Of a DNA stretch of 64,000 bases, positions 50,781-60,218 are shown piece by piece. Origin of the DNA: an uncultured Gemmataceae bacterium (GTDB taxonomy: Bacteria; Planctomycetota; Planctomycetia; Gemmatales; Gemmataceae). Location: NCBI GenBank assembly GCA_963750165.1, contig CAVVPN010000003.1, forward strand, positions 1,152,001 through 1,216,000, written 5' to 3'. A program made the translations under genes and the position numbers. The notes under the pieces are model-generated. The model did not search any database and was not told where the DNA came from. It saw nothing but the letters and a program-made list of their open reading frames with translations. The stretch's first letter is position 1; every line of letters starts with the position of its first letter.

Positions 50781-53190
50781 ATGCCAGACGGAGAGATGCA
50801 CGCTGTAATCGAATACATCCAAAGCCTGGTCGTCGATCCGGACCTCGCCTCTCAAACGGATAACGAGCTGCTGAAGCGCTTCCTGGCCAACCGGGATGAG
50901 AACGCCTTTGAGGCCCTGGTGCGGCGGCACGGCCCGATGGTTCTGGCCCTGTGCCGGCGCATCCTCCGCGACCCCCAGGACGCGGAAGACGCCTTCCAGG
51001 CCGCCTTCCTGGTCTTGGTGCGCAAGGCGGCGTCGATCACCAGGCCGGAACTACTGGGCAACTGGCTCTATGGGGTAGCGTCCCGCACAGCCCGGGCAGC
51101 GCGGGCGGCGGCGGAGAAACGCCGAGTAAAGGAGGCAGAAGCTGTGCCGCGCGAGCAACCCACCCAGGAGAGCCCCTGGCAAGAACTGCAACCCGTTCTG
51201 GACCGGGAGCTGAACCGCCTGCCCGCCAAGTACCGCATTCCCCTCGTGCTCTGTCACCTGGAAGAGAAGAGCAGGCAGGAAGCGGCCCGGACACTCGGCT
51301 TGCCGGAGGGTACGCTGTCCAGCCGACTCGCCAGGGGGCGAGCCTTGCTGGCGCAACGATTGACGCGCTGGTGCCCGAGTGTCGCCGGCGAGGCGTTGCT
51401 TGCCGGGCTCGGCAAGCAGGCCCTGGCCGCCCCTCTGGTCCAGGCAACGACCAAGGCTGGCATGGCTGTCCTGGCGGGCCAGCCGATCAAGACCGGACTG
51501 GTTTCGGCGCAGGTAGCTTTGCTGAGCCAAGGAGTGTTAAGGAGCATGTTCATGACCAAACTCAAAATCACCGCGGCATTGTTATGCGTGGGAAGCCTGC
51601 TCGCTGGTGCAGTGGGTCTGGCTGCCTCGCGGGACTTCGGTACAGAGGAGGAATCTCCGGCGTCTGTCGGCGCCCCTCAGAACCCCGGCGACCCACTGAT
51701 GAAGCAAGTCCTGGAGACGACTCCAAAAATCACCGACCCGGAGGCCAAGTTGCGCGTGCTGCTGCGGATCGCCTGGGTCCAGAACTGGGCGGGTGACGCG
51801 GTGGGCGCCCGGAAAACCCGGCACGAGGCACTGGAACTCGCCAAGGGCTTTGCCGCCGGCAACCCTCGACTCGACGCTTTGTTGATGGTCGCCCAGTCCC
51901 AGACGGAAGCCAAGGATCGGATCGACGTTTTTGAAACGTTGAAGCACGCGGAGCAGGAGGTCACGGCGATTGAGGACGAAAACAAGAAGCCTACCTGGCT
52001 CGCCAGGCTTGTGATTGCCCAGGCAGCCGCGGGCGACTACGAAGGCGGCTTGCGGACGTTGGCGAAAGGCGGCCCCGGGCAAGGGAATCTCTTGGGCTAC
52101 TTCGGCAACCGGCTGAATACCGAAAACAAGGAAGCAGCCCGCAAAGCGGCTACGCAGGCCCTGGCCCTGGTGAAGTTCGAGGGCGAGAGCGCGGCCATCC
52201 AACGGAGGAATGGGTTGTCCGGCGCCTGCTACGCTCTGGCGAAGGCCGGCGCTGTGGATCAAGCGCTCGAAACTGCTGCAAAACTGGGCAAGAGTGATGA
52301 GCGGGACTACTGCCTGCGAGTGATTGTCGTCGCTCTGGCGGGAGACGGAGACCTGGCCGGCGCGGCGCGTACTGCCAAAGGCATTCAGCAGGATGACATC
52401 AAGGCCCACGCCCTGGGCGCCGTTGTCCATGCCCAGGCGAAGGCGGCTGACCTCAAGGCCGCGCAGCACACTGAAGGAATATCGCAAACTGGTCGAGAAG
52501 TTTCAGGAAGCGGAGATGAAGCGGCAAGCAATGAACGGGGGGTTCAAGCAGCAGCGTGTTCCCAATCCCCGACTTGAGCAGTTGCAGGCAGGACTGGCGC
52601 TCACGCAACTTGAGCTTGGCGATCAGAGCGGCGCGCTGGTGACGGTTGCGAATATCGAATCGGACCTGGAGAAGTCGCATACCTTGAGGTGCCTGGGCGT
52701 TCACCTGAGGGACGCCGGAAAACCGGCCGAGGCTCGGGAACTGCTGCTGGCGGCTTCGCAGGCCGCGCAACGAGTGATTCCCAGCACGGGGAAAAGACGC
52801 TGGCCGACCCGATCCGAGAAGGCGTTTACATTATCTCTCAGCGCCCGTGCGCAGGCCAAAACCGGAGATGTCAAGGAAGCCTTCCGGACGGCGAATACGA
52901 TTCCGACGGACCCGGCAATGGACGACGCCCTGGCCGGGATTGCTCCTGCTCAGGCCGACGCGGGTGATCTCAAAGGCGCTCTCGAAACCGTTGCCCGAAT
53001 CCGAGACGAAACCTCGAAAGCAGCCGCACTGGAGGACCTCGCCCAGGTCCTGGCGCGTGCGGGTCACGAAAAAGACGCCCTGGCCATGGCCGCACAGCAG
53101 ACGTCGCCTGCGGTAAAGGCCCGGGCGCTGCTGGGCGTGATTTTGGGGAAATCGAAAGCAAAACTTCCCAAAAAAGTATCGCCCGAGTAG
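50781..53190 (+). CDS. ECF sigma-70 factor with TM helix and TPR-like C-terminal extension; frameshift near 52470
   Basis: AFEALVRRHGPMV, DAEDAFQA.FLVL and GTLSSRLARGR motifs; TM after MTKLK; helical repeats. Confidence 0.88.
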
Positions 53191-53203
53191 CCAGGAAAAC
53201 CAC

Positions 53204-53250
53204 AGCCGGGGAAGGCGCGCCCGATCCTTCCCCGGCCCGGCTTTTCTTTC
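53204..53250 (+). terminator. Intrinsic terminator
   Basis: gccggggaagg / ccttccccggc then ttttctttc. Confidence 0.6.
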
Positions 53251-53256
53251 TCTTCC

Positions 53257-53825
53257 TCAGCGGGTTGACCTCTCGCGCCGCTCCACTTCCGACCATTCCT
53301 GGGCGAGCCCCAGCCGGTTTGCCCATTCGGCAATGTACTTTCGGTCCACCCGTTCGCCGCGCACTTTCAACACATCCAGAATGTCCCGGATGTGTTTTTC
53401 CGATCCCCCAGTTGGTAGAACTCTAGCTTCTTGACGATCACGTCCTCGGGCGAAGAAAAGCGGATCGCGGTCTGCTCCCCTTCGGGGATGCGTACGGCAC
53501 GGTGCAGGCGCAAGCGGTCAAACTCACTGTCCGACGTGACAATCACATCGATTTTCAGGCCGGAGGACGGGTGCAACACCTTGAACTGAAAGCGCTGCTG
53601 GATCGCTTGTACCGCCGCGTCGCGCGAGCAATAGAACTCCGGCGCGGCAAAGGCGGCACAAAACGCATCCACCTGGTCCAGTCGGAGGTCCACCACCACA
53701 TCAATGTCATTCGTAAACCGTGGCTCGCCGTAGGTAGTCGTGGCCATCGAGCCCGTCACGTAATAGGGGACCTCAAGGCGTTCCAGGGTCGCGGCCAGGA
53801 AGTGAAGCAGTTCAGACGGTTCCAT
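53257..53825 (-). CDS. Nucleotidyltransferase-fold protein (putative toxin); frameshift in G run near 53408
   Basis: VTGSMA...GEPRFTNDIDVV and SPEDVIVKKL motifs; adding one G restores GGSEKHIRDI...WANRLGL. Confidence 0.75.
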
Positions 53826-54033
53826 GCGACATTCTCCGGGCGACCTGGCGCTGGACCTCTTCCTCGGACCAGTCGGGGTGCTCCTGGACAATCAGTTTGC
53901 GGACCAAATCACAGGCGAACACCCACATCCGGTTGGCGATGGCGAGCCGCTCGACCTCGGTTTTCTGGCGGAGAACCTCGGCCATTGCCTCGTCCACCAT
54001 TTCGATCTTCGCGATCCGCTCCAGCCGTGACAT
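53812..54033 (-). CDS. Small partner protein (putative antitoxin)
   Basis: 73 aa; LRQKTEVERL...HPDWSEEEV; overlaps NTase start; GAAGGAGG RBS. Confidence 0.7.
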   Translation of the reverse strand: MSRLERIAKIEMVDEAMAEVLRQKTEVERLAIANRMWVFACDLVRKLIVQEHPDWSEEEVQRQVARRMSHGTV

Positions 54034-54168
54034 GACGCTCCCTCCTTCTGCCGGGCACCTTTCGCTACAGTTTACCGCGACTCGCACTGCCCGAAAACGA
54101 CAATTCCGCCCCGCCCCGGCTGCCGCCGCGTCATCCGGGAGATTTTTTGCTTTTTCCCTATCTCGCCA

Positions 54169-54215
54169 TTGACTTTTCTGGTCCGTTCAGTCTAGATATA
54201 GTTCGATCGGTCTAG
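54169..54215 (+). promoter_or_regulatory. Promoter with tandem putative TetR operators
   Basis: TTGACT, then two 18-bp imperfect palindromes (54178-54195, 54198-54215) resembling CTAGACCGATCGGTCTAG. Confidence 0.55.
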
Positions 54216-54428
54216 TTCCCAGAGCGACAGCCTGTGGGATGGACGCCGGTGCCAGCGGGCGCACCGCCGTGCCGGCGTGGCGGGAGCAAGGGTGCCGATT
54301 CTCGACGTATGAAAAAGTTGGCCCCCTTGGCCCCCTTGGCCCCCTTGCTCGGTCAACCGGCGTCGGCCGGCGCCACGGAGTGCCAGCCGGTCGGGCATGT
54401 GACGGCACCTCTCCTTTGAGTCCGGGTC

Positions 54429-55142
54429 ATGAAAAACGGTCGCATTGACATCGCCAGCATCCGCCGCGAGCAGATCATCGACGCGGCCATCGCCGTCATC
54501 GCCGAGCAGGGCCTGCACGGCCTCTCGCTGTCCAAGATCGAGGAAAAGGCCGGCATGAGCCGTGGCCAGCTGACCTACTACTTCAAGACCCGGGAAGATA
54601 TTTTGCTGGGAGTGTTTGATCGGGTCTTGCAGATGATGTGCCAGCGCATGAGCGAGGGCGACGGCGTACTGACGCCGGGCCAGTTCGGCTGCTGGGAGGT
54701 CATGCAACACGTCTTCACGCGCGTGCTGCTGGAGCCGCCCATCATCCCGGAGTTCAACACGCTGCAATACACGTTCCTGTCGCAGATCGGCTACCGCGAG
54801 GATTTTCGCCAGCGGCTGGCGACGCTGTACGAGGAGTGGCGCGGTCACCTGGCCTGCGACGTGAAAGCGGACCAGGACCGCGGCCGCATCCGCCGCACGG
54901 TGCCGCCGCGTGCTTTGGCCACGGTGTTCCAGGCGCTGCTGCACGGCATCATGATTCAGGCCGCCGCCGACCCGCAGGCATTCGACCGCCGCGAGGTACT
55001 GAATCTCTGTCTGGACATGCTCGGTAATTATCTGGGTGTTCGGGACGCCGCGCCGCCTGCCCGCCGCGCCGCCCGGAGTTCGCGGCCGCGCCCGTCGCGC
55101 CGGCCGGTTGTCCCCGCCCCCGCCAAGGAGTCAAGCCCGTGA
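54429..55142 (+). CDS. TetR/AcrR-family regulator
   Basis: RREQIIDAA...AGMSRGQLTYYFKTRE HTH. Confidence 0.92.
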   Translation: MKNGRIDIASIRREQIIDAAIAVIAEQGLHGLSLSKIEEKAGMSRGQLTYYFKTREDILLGVFDRVLQMMCQRMSEGDGVLTPGQFGCWEVMQHVFTRVLLEPPIIPEFNTLQYTFLSQIGYREDFRQRLATLYEEWRGHLACDVKADQDRGRIRRTVPPRALATVFQALLHGIMIQAAADPQAFDRREVLNLCLDMLGNYLGVRDAAPPARRAARSSRPRPSRRPVVPAPAKESSP

Positions 55143-56344
55143 ACGATCAGGCCCCCAAGAAGAACCCGTTGTCCCTGTCGATGGCGGCCGACCGCAACGG
55201 CCCGTCGCCCGGAACGCTGCGCGACCGCGTCCGCTCGCTGCGCCTGTCCGACCAGGTGACGCACGGCGGCGGGGGCGGCGGTAGCTGGCTGCCGTGGGTG
55301 CTGGCTTTGCTGTTTGCCAGCAGCACCGCCTACCTCGGCGTGCAGTTGTCCAGCGTCCCGAGCGCCGACGCCAGCTCCAAATCGGAGGCCGACAAACTCA
55401 TTGAGGAGCAGACCCGGCCGGGCCAGCTCGGCAGCGCGGGCGAGGTGGTGTTCGAGGCCAAGGGCAACGTCGTACCCTTCGAGCAGATTCTCGTGAGTCC
55501 GCTGTCGGGCGGCATTCTCAAGGAACTGTACATTTTTGAGGGCATGAAGGTCAAGAAAGGCGACCTGCTCGGCCGCATCGACGATACCGAGTACCGCGCC
55601 AAGTACAACTACACTCGGGCCCGGCTGGCGGAAGCGAAGAAGAAGTTGGAGGAGATGGTCAACGGCAACCGGCCGCAGGAAATCGACAAGGCCGAGGCGG
55701 ATTGGAACAAGGCCAAAGCCGAACACAAGCGGATGATCGCCGACCACCAGCGTAACCTGAATGCCGGCATCGCGGTCACCAAGGCGGACCTGGACAAGAG
55801 CAAGGCCGAGCAAGATGCCCAGAAAGCGGTCGTGGACCTGAAAGCGGCCGACCTGAGCCTGATGCGGGAGGGCACGCGCAAGGAGCGCATCGCCCAGGGA
55901 GAGGCCGTGGTCGATCAACTCCAGGCGGAACTGGACGAGCAGAACAAGCACCTGAACGACTGCCAGATTCGAGCGCCGGTGACGGGCACCATTCTGACGA
56001 AGGAGACGGCGGCCGGCAACTTCGTCAATCCGTTGGCCTTCAACACCAACAGCGCCCTGTGCAAGATGGCGGACCTGACCAGGCTGGAGATTGACCTGAC
56101 CATCCAGGAGCGTGAGATCAGCAAGATCAAGGTCGGCCAGAAGTGTCGCATTCGACCGGACGCTTACCCCGACCGCATTTACGAGGGCCAGGTGTCGCGC
56201 ATCATGCCCATAGCCGACCGCGGCAAGGGCGCCGTGCCGGTGCGCGTCAAGGTGCTGAACATCTCTCCGGAGGAACAGGGCACCTACTTGCGGCCCGAGA
56301 TGAGCGCGTTCGTGTCGTTCCTGCGAACTGAGGACAAGAAGTAG
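55139..56344 (+). CDS. HlyD/MacA-type periplasmic adaptor subunit
   Basis: TM anchor; EGMKVKKGDLL, coiled hairpin, IRAPVTG and LRPEMSA motifs. Confidence 0.88.
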   Translation: MNDQAPKKNPLSLSMAADRNGPSPGTLRDRVRSLRLSDQVTHGGGGGGSWLPWVLALLFASSTAYLGVQLSSVPSADASSKSEADKLIEEQTRPGQLGSAGEVVFEAKGNVVPFEQILVSPLSGGILKELYIFEGMKVKKGDLLGRIDDTEYRAKYNYTRARLAEAKKKLEEMVNGNRPQEIDKAEADWNKAKAEHKRMIADHQRNLNAGIAVTKADLDKSKAEQDAQKAVVDLKAADLSLMREGTRKERIAQGEAVVDQLQAELDEQNKHLNDCQIRAPVTGTILTKETAAGNFVNPLAFNTNSALCKMADLTRLEIDLTIQEREISKIKVGQKCRIRPDAYPDRIYEGQVSRIMPIADRGKGAVPVRVKVLNISPEEQGTYLRPEMSAFVSFLRTEDKK

Positions 56345-56461
56345 TCATTCGTCATTAGTCATTAGTCATTAGTTAACAGGGTTCCAGATCAAAGCGAAAG
56401 TTTAGGTTTCGACGACCCTGTTAACTAATGACTAATGACGAATGACTAATGACGAATGACT
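56343..56461. repeat. Inverted-repeat element with GTCATTA heptamer arms (copy 1)
   Basis: (gtcattm)4-gttaacagggt ... accctgttaac-(kaatgac)5. Confidence 0.95.
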
Positions 56462-56481
56462 CCTCCGAAGGAGGGGGATTA

Positions 56482-57246
56482 ATGTCGGACCAATCCATCG
56501 TCAGCGTGCGCGGCCTGCATAAATACTTCAAGCGCGGCGGCGAACAGATCGACGTGTTGCAGGATCTCAGCCTGGAGGTGCCCGAGGGCGAGTTCGTGGC
56601 GCTGATGGGGCCGTCCGGCTCCGGTAAGACGACGCTGCTCAACCTCATCGCCGGCCTCGACCAGCCCAGCTCCGGACAGATTCGCGTCGGCGACCAGATC
56701 ATCTCCGGCATGTCCGAGACGCAGCTGGCGCGCTGGCGGACCCGGCACATCGGCTTCGTCTTTCAGTTCTATCACCTGCTGCCAGTGCTCAGCGCCTACG
56801 AGAACGTCGAACTGCCGCTGCTGCTGCTGCCGCTCACCGCAGCGCAACGCAAGCGGCAGGTGTTGACCGCTCTGGACCTCGTCGGCCTGAGTGACCGCCT
56901 GAGCCACCGGCCCGGCCAGCTGTCCGGCGGCCAGCAGCAACGCGTCGGCATCGCTCGCGCCATCGTCACCGACCCGACCCTCATCGTCGCCGACGAGCCG
57001 ACCGGCGACCTCGACTCGAAATCCGCCCAGGAAATCCTGGATCTGCTGGTCGAACTGCAGAAGGGCCTGAACAAGACGATTCTGATGGTGACGCACGACC
57101 CGCGCGCCGCCGAGCGGGCCGCCCGTCAGGTCCACCTGGAGAAGGGCCAGCTGGTCGAGGGTCGGCAGCCCGGCGACGGAGCGTTCAAGGAACTGGCCGG
57201 CCGCGCCGCCCCGGAGGGGCACGCGACCAACATCCAGGCGGAGTGA
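56482..57246 (+). CDS. ABC transporter ATP-binding protein (LolD/MacB-like)
   Basis: GPSGSGKTT, LSGGQQQR, ADEPTG and VTHD motifs. Confidence 0.95.
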   Translation: MSDQSIVSVRGLHKYFKRGGEQIDVLQDLSLEVPEGEFVALMGPSGSGKTTLLNLIAGLDQPSSGQIRVGDQIISGMSETQLARWRTRHIGFVFQFYHLLPVLSAYENVELPLLLLPLTAAQRKRQVLTALDLVGLSDRLSHRPGQLSGGQQQRVGIARAIVTDPTLIVADEPTGDLDSKSAQEILDLLVELQKGLNKTILMVTHDPRAAERAARQVHLEKGQLVEGRQPGDGAFKELAGRAAPEGHATNIQAE

Positions 57247-57279
57247 GAGCCGGGGTAGTGGAACGAGCTGTCCTGGTTC

Positions 57280-57305
57280 GTAGTACCGCCTTCAGGCGGT
57301 ACTAC
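57280..57305. repeat. GTAG-type REP hairpin
   Basis: gtagtaccgcc-ttca-ggcggtactac. Confidence 0.75.
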
Positions 57306-57331
57306 AAACCAAGAACCGAAGGAGGCGTCCG

Positions 57332-58621
57332 ATGAAGCTGGTCCTGCTGATGCTCAAGAACCTGCGACGCAACCTCGTGCGCACGACGCTGACCTGCCTG
57401 GCCGTCTTCGTGCTGGTCCTGGTCGTAACCATGATCTGGTCGTTCATCCACATGCTCGACAGCTTCACCACCGCCAGGGCCGGCGAGCAGAAGGGCCTCA
57501 TCATGGAGAAATGGCAGTTCCCCAGCCAGCTGCCCTGGAAGTACGCCTACGACCTGGAAACCGAACTGAAGGAGATGCCCGAGGAGTACCGGCCCACGCC
57601 CATCCCGGCCGCCGGCCTGGACGAGAAGGGCCGGAGCCTGGGCGCCCTGGGCGTCAAGACGGACGGCATCATGACCTGGCAGTTCGTTGGCGGCAGCGTC
57701 GTCAAGGAACCCGCCAAGCGCAAGCAGTCGGACAACATGTTCCTGTTCGTGCTCGACCCGCGCCGGATTCGCATGATGGACGAGATGGACGACCTCAGCG
57801 ACACGGACGTGCAGAAGATCATCGACAACGACAAGGGCGTCCTGATGGGCCGCGAGCGCCTGGCGATGATCGACAAGAAGGTCGGCGACCGCATCACGCT
57901 GTACAGCTTCAACTACAAGGACATCGAGTTGGAACTGGACATCGTCGGCTACCTGCCGAACGGCCGCTACGCGCAGAACGTCGTCATGAACTACAAGTAC
58001 CTGATGCGCAAGCTGGACGAGTACCAGCGCAAGACGCGGCAGCCGCACCCGATGATGGACAAGACGCTCGGCATCTTCTGGTTCCAGGCCGGCAGCGCCG
58101 CGGCCATCGACAAGATCGGTCAGCACCTGGAGAAGTCCGGCAAGTTCGTGTCGCCGGCGCTCAAGACCGAGACGGCCTCGTCGGGCATCGCCACGTTCAT
58201 CGAGCCGTACCGCGACATGCTCTGGGGCATGCGCTATCTGCTGACGCCGGCTATTTTGATCGTGCTGGCGCTGGTGATCGCCAACGCCATCAGCATCAGT
58301 GTGCGCGAGCGGCGCACGGAGATGGCGGTGCTCAAGGTGCTCGGTTTCCGGCCCAACCAGATTCTGCTGCTGGTGCTCGGCGAGGTGCTGCTGGTCGGCA
58401 TCGGTACGGGGCTGTTGTGCGCGACCTTGTCGTACTTCGGCGTGTGGCTGATGGGCGGCATCAACTTCCGCGTCGCCTTCTTCCCGGTGTTCTTCATTCC
58501 GGTGGATGCGTTCTGGTGGGGCCCGGTCCTCGGCGGCATCACCGCCCTGGTCGGCAGCTTCGTCCCCGCCTGGGGGGCGCGGTCGGTCAAGGTATCGGAA
58601 GTGTTTTCCAAGGTTGCCTAA
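57332..58621 (+). CDS. ABC transporter permease (FtsX/MacB-like)
   Basis: KNLRRN..RT.LT and SVRERRTEMAVLKVLGF motifs. Confidence 0.92.
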   Translation: MKLVLLMLKNLRRNLVRTTLTCLAVFVLVLVVTMIWSFIHMLDSFTTARAGEQKGLIMEKWQFPSQLPWKYAYDLETELKEMPEEYRPTPIPAAGLDEKGRSLGALGVKTDGIMTWQFVGGSVVKEPAKRKQSDNMFLFVLDPRRIRMMDEMDDLSDTDVQKIIDNDKGVLMGRERLAMIDKKVGDRITLYSFNYKDIELELDIVGYLPNGRYAQNVVMNYKYLMRKLDEYQRKTRQPHPMMDKTLGIFWFQAGSAAAIDKIGQHLEKSGKFVSPALKTETASSGIATFIEPYRDMLWGMRYLLTPAILIVLALVIANAISISVRERRTEMAVLKVLGFRPNQILLLVLGEVLLVGIGTGLLCATLSYFGVWLMGGINFRVAFFPVFFIPVDAFWWGPVLGGITALVGSFVPAWGARSVKVSEVFSKVA

Positions 58622-58623
58622 TC

Positions 58624-58729
58624 GTCATTAGTCATTAGTCATTAGTCATTAGTTATCAGGGTTGCAGATCATAGCTAAAGTTCTGTTTTGAACAGTGTCC
58701 CTGATAACTAATGACTAATGACTAATGAC
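58624..58729. repeat. Inverted-repeat element with GTCATTA heptamer arms (copy 2)
   Basis: (gtcatta)4-gttatcaggg ... ccctgataac-(taatgac)3. Confidence 0.95.
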
Positions 58730-58742
58730 TAACACAACTACC

Positions 58743-60173
58743 ATGTTTAGACAATTCTCCCCCCAGGTAATGATCCTGCTGTTCGCGGCCCTGCTGCTGG
58801 TGGTGGTGCTCATGGCCATCACGCGGGTGCCCGTCAGCTACAACATTCGCAACCTGATGGTGCGCTGGAAGACCACGCTGATGACCGCTCTGGCGTTCAC
58901 GCTGGTCGTCGGTCTGCTGACGGTCATGCTCGCCTTCGTCACCGGCATGCGTCGCCTGACCGAGGACAGCGGCAGTCCCGAAAACGTCATCGTCCTGTCC
59001 GACGGTGCCACCGACGAGGCGTTCAGCAACCTCGCTTACAGCGACACCAACGACATCGACAACCTGCTGGATGAGCGGCATCGCAAGATGCTGGCGCGCG
59101 ACAAGGCGACCAATCAACCGCTGGCCAGCCGGCAGAAGTTCGTCGTCGTCGGCCAGCCGCTCCAGGGCAGCGAGGACGAGAAAAACCCACGGCGGCAGTT
59201 CCTGCAACTCCGTGGTGTCGAGGACGCACTGATCGCCGCCCAGGTCCACCGACTGGAGCTGTTCGAGGGCGGCCAGTGGTTCCGCGGCGTCCGTGCGCTG
59301 CCGGGCAGCGACCGCAAGGGAATCGCCGTCCAGGCAACCCAGGCGGTGGCGTTCCTGTCCGGCAAGCAGTTTGGCGTGCCTGTGCTCAGCCCGGCCGTGT
59401 CCGAGACGGCCATTGAGGCGGTGCTCGGCGAAGGCGTCGCCCGTGAACTGGCCAAACCGCTCGGCAAGGACAGCCTGAAGCCCGGCGATGTGTTCCACCT
59501 GGGGCCGCGCAAGTGGATCGTCGTTGGCGTCATGAAGTCGGCTGGTTTGACCTTCGGCTCGGAAATCTGGGCTGACGCCACGCTCGTCGGCGACCTGTTC
59601 GGCAAGAAGGTGTACAACTCGATCTTCATCCGCACCAGGGACGCACGCTTCGCCGAGCCCGTCGCCAAATTCCTGAGCGACCCGGACAAGACCGGCAAGG
59701 CCGCCTTCAAGGCCATGCCCGAGCCGGAATATTACTCCATCCTCGGATCGACCAACAAGCAGTTCCTGTACGCGATCATCGTCGTCGCCATTATCATCGG
59801 CATTGGCGGCGTCTTCGGCGTCATGAACACCATGTTCGCGGCCATCAGCCAGCGCATCAAGGACATCGGTGTGCTGCGGCTGCTCGGCTTCCCGCGCTGG
59901 CAGATTCTGGTGTCGTTCTTTTTGGAGTCGCTGATTATTGCCCTGCTGGGCGGGTTGGTCGGCGCGGCGCTGGGCTCGCTGGTGGATGGTATTATGGCGA
60001 CCAGCATCGTCAGCAGCGGTCAGGGCGGCGGCAAGAGCATTGTGCTGCGGCTCACCGTAGACGCCAACATACTGGCGGCGGCCATTCTGTATGCGCTCGG
60101 CATGGGTGCGATCGGCGGCCTGATTCCGTCGCTGTCGGCGATGCGGCTAAGGCCGCTGGAGTCGCTACGCTGA
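58743..60173 (+). CDS. ABC transporter permease (FtsX/MacB-like)
   Basis: YNIRNLMVRW.TT and NTMFAAISQRIKDIGVLRLLGF motifs. Confidence 0.92.
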   Translation: MFRQFSPQVMILLFAALLLVVVLMAITRVPVSYNIRNLMVRWKTTLMTALAFTLVVGLLTVMLAFVTGMRRLTEDSGSPENVIVLSDGATDEAFSNLAYSDTNDIDNLLDERHRKMLARDKATNQPLASRQKFVVVGQPLQGSEDEKNPRRQFLQLRGVEDALIAAQVHRLELFEGGQWFRGVRALPGSDRKGIAVQATQAVAFLSGKQFGVPVLSPAVSETAIEAVLGEGVARELAKPLGKDSLKPGDVFHLGPRKWIVVGVMKSAGLTFGSEIWADATLVGDLFGKKVYNSIFIRTRDARFAEPVAKFLSDPDKTGKAAFKAMPEPEYYSILGSTNKQFLYAIIVVAIIIGIGGVFGVMNTMFAAISQRIKDIGVLRLLGFPRWQILVSFFLESLIIALLGGLVGAALGSLVDGIMATSIVSSGQGGGKSIVLRLTVDANILAAAILYALGMGAIGGLIPSLSAMRLRPLESLR

Positions 60174-60175
60174 AT

Positions 60176-60203
60176 GTGGGGCAGACATTCCTGTCTGCCC
60201 CAC
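60176..60203. repeat. REP hairpin (GTGGGGCAG type)
   Basis: gtggggcagaca-ttcc-tgtctgccccac. Confidence 0.8.
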
Positions 60204-60218
60204 GACCGAAGCGCGGGG

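Noticed and set aside
56343..58729. Heptamer tracts or REP doublets as a CRISPR array
   Set aside because: Repeats are inverted or contiguous with no unique spacers, and no cas genes are present
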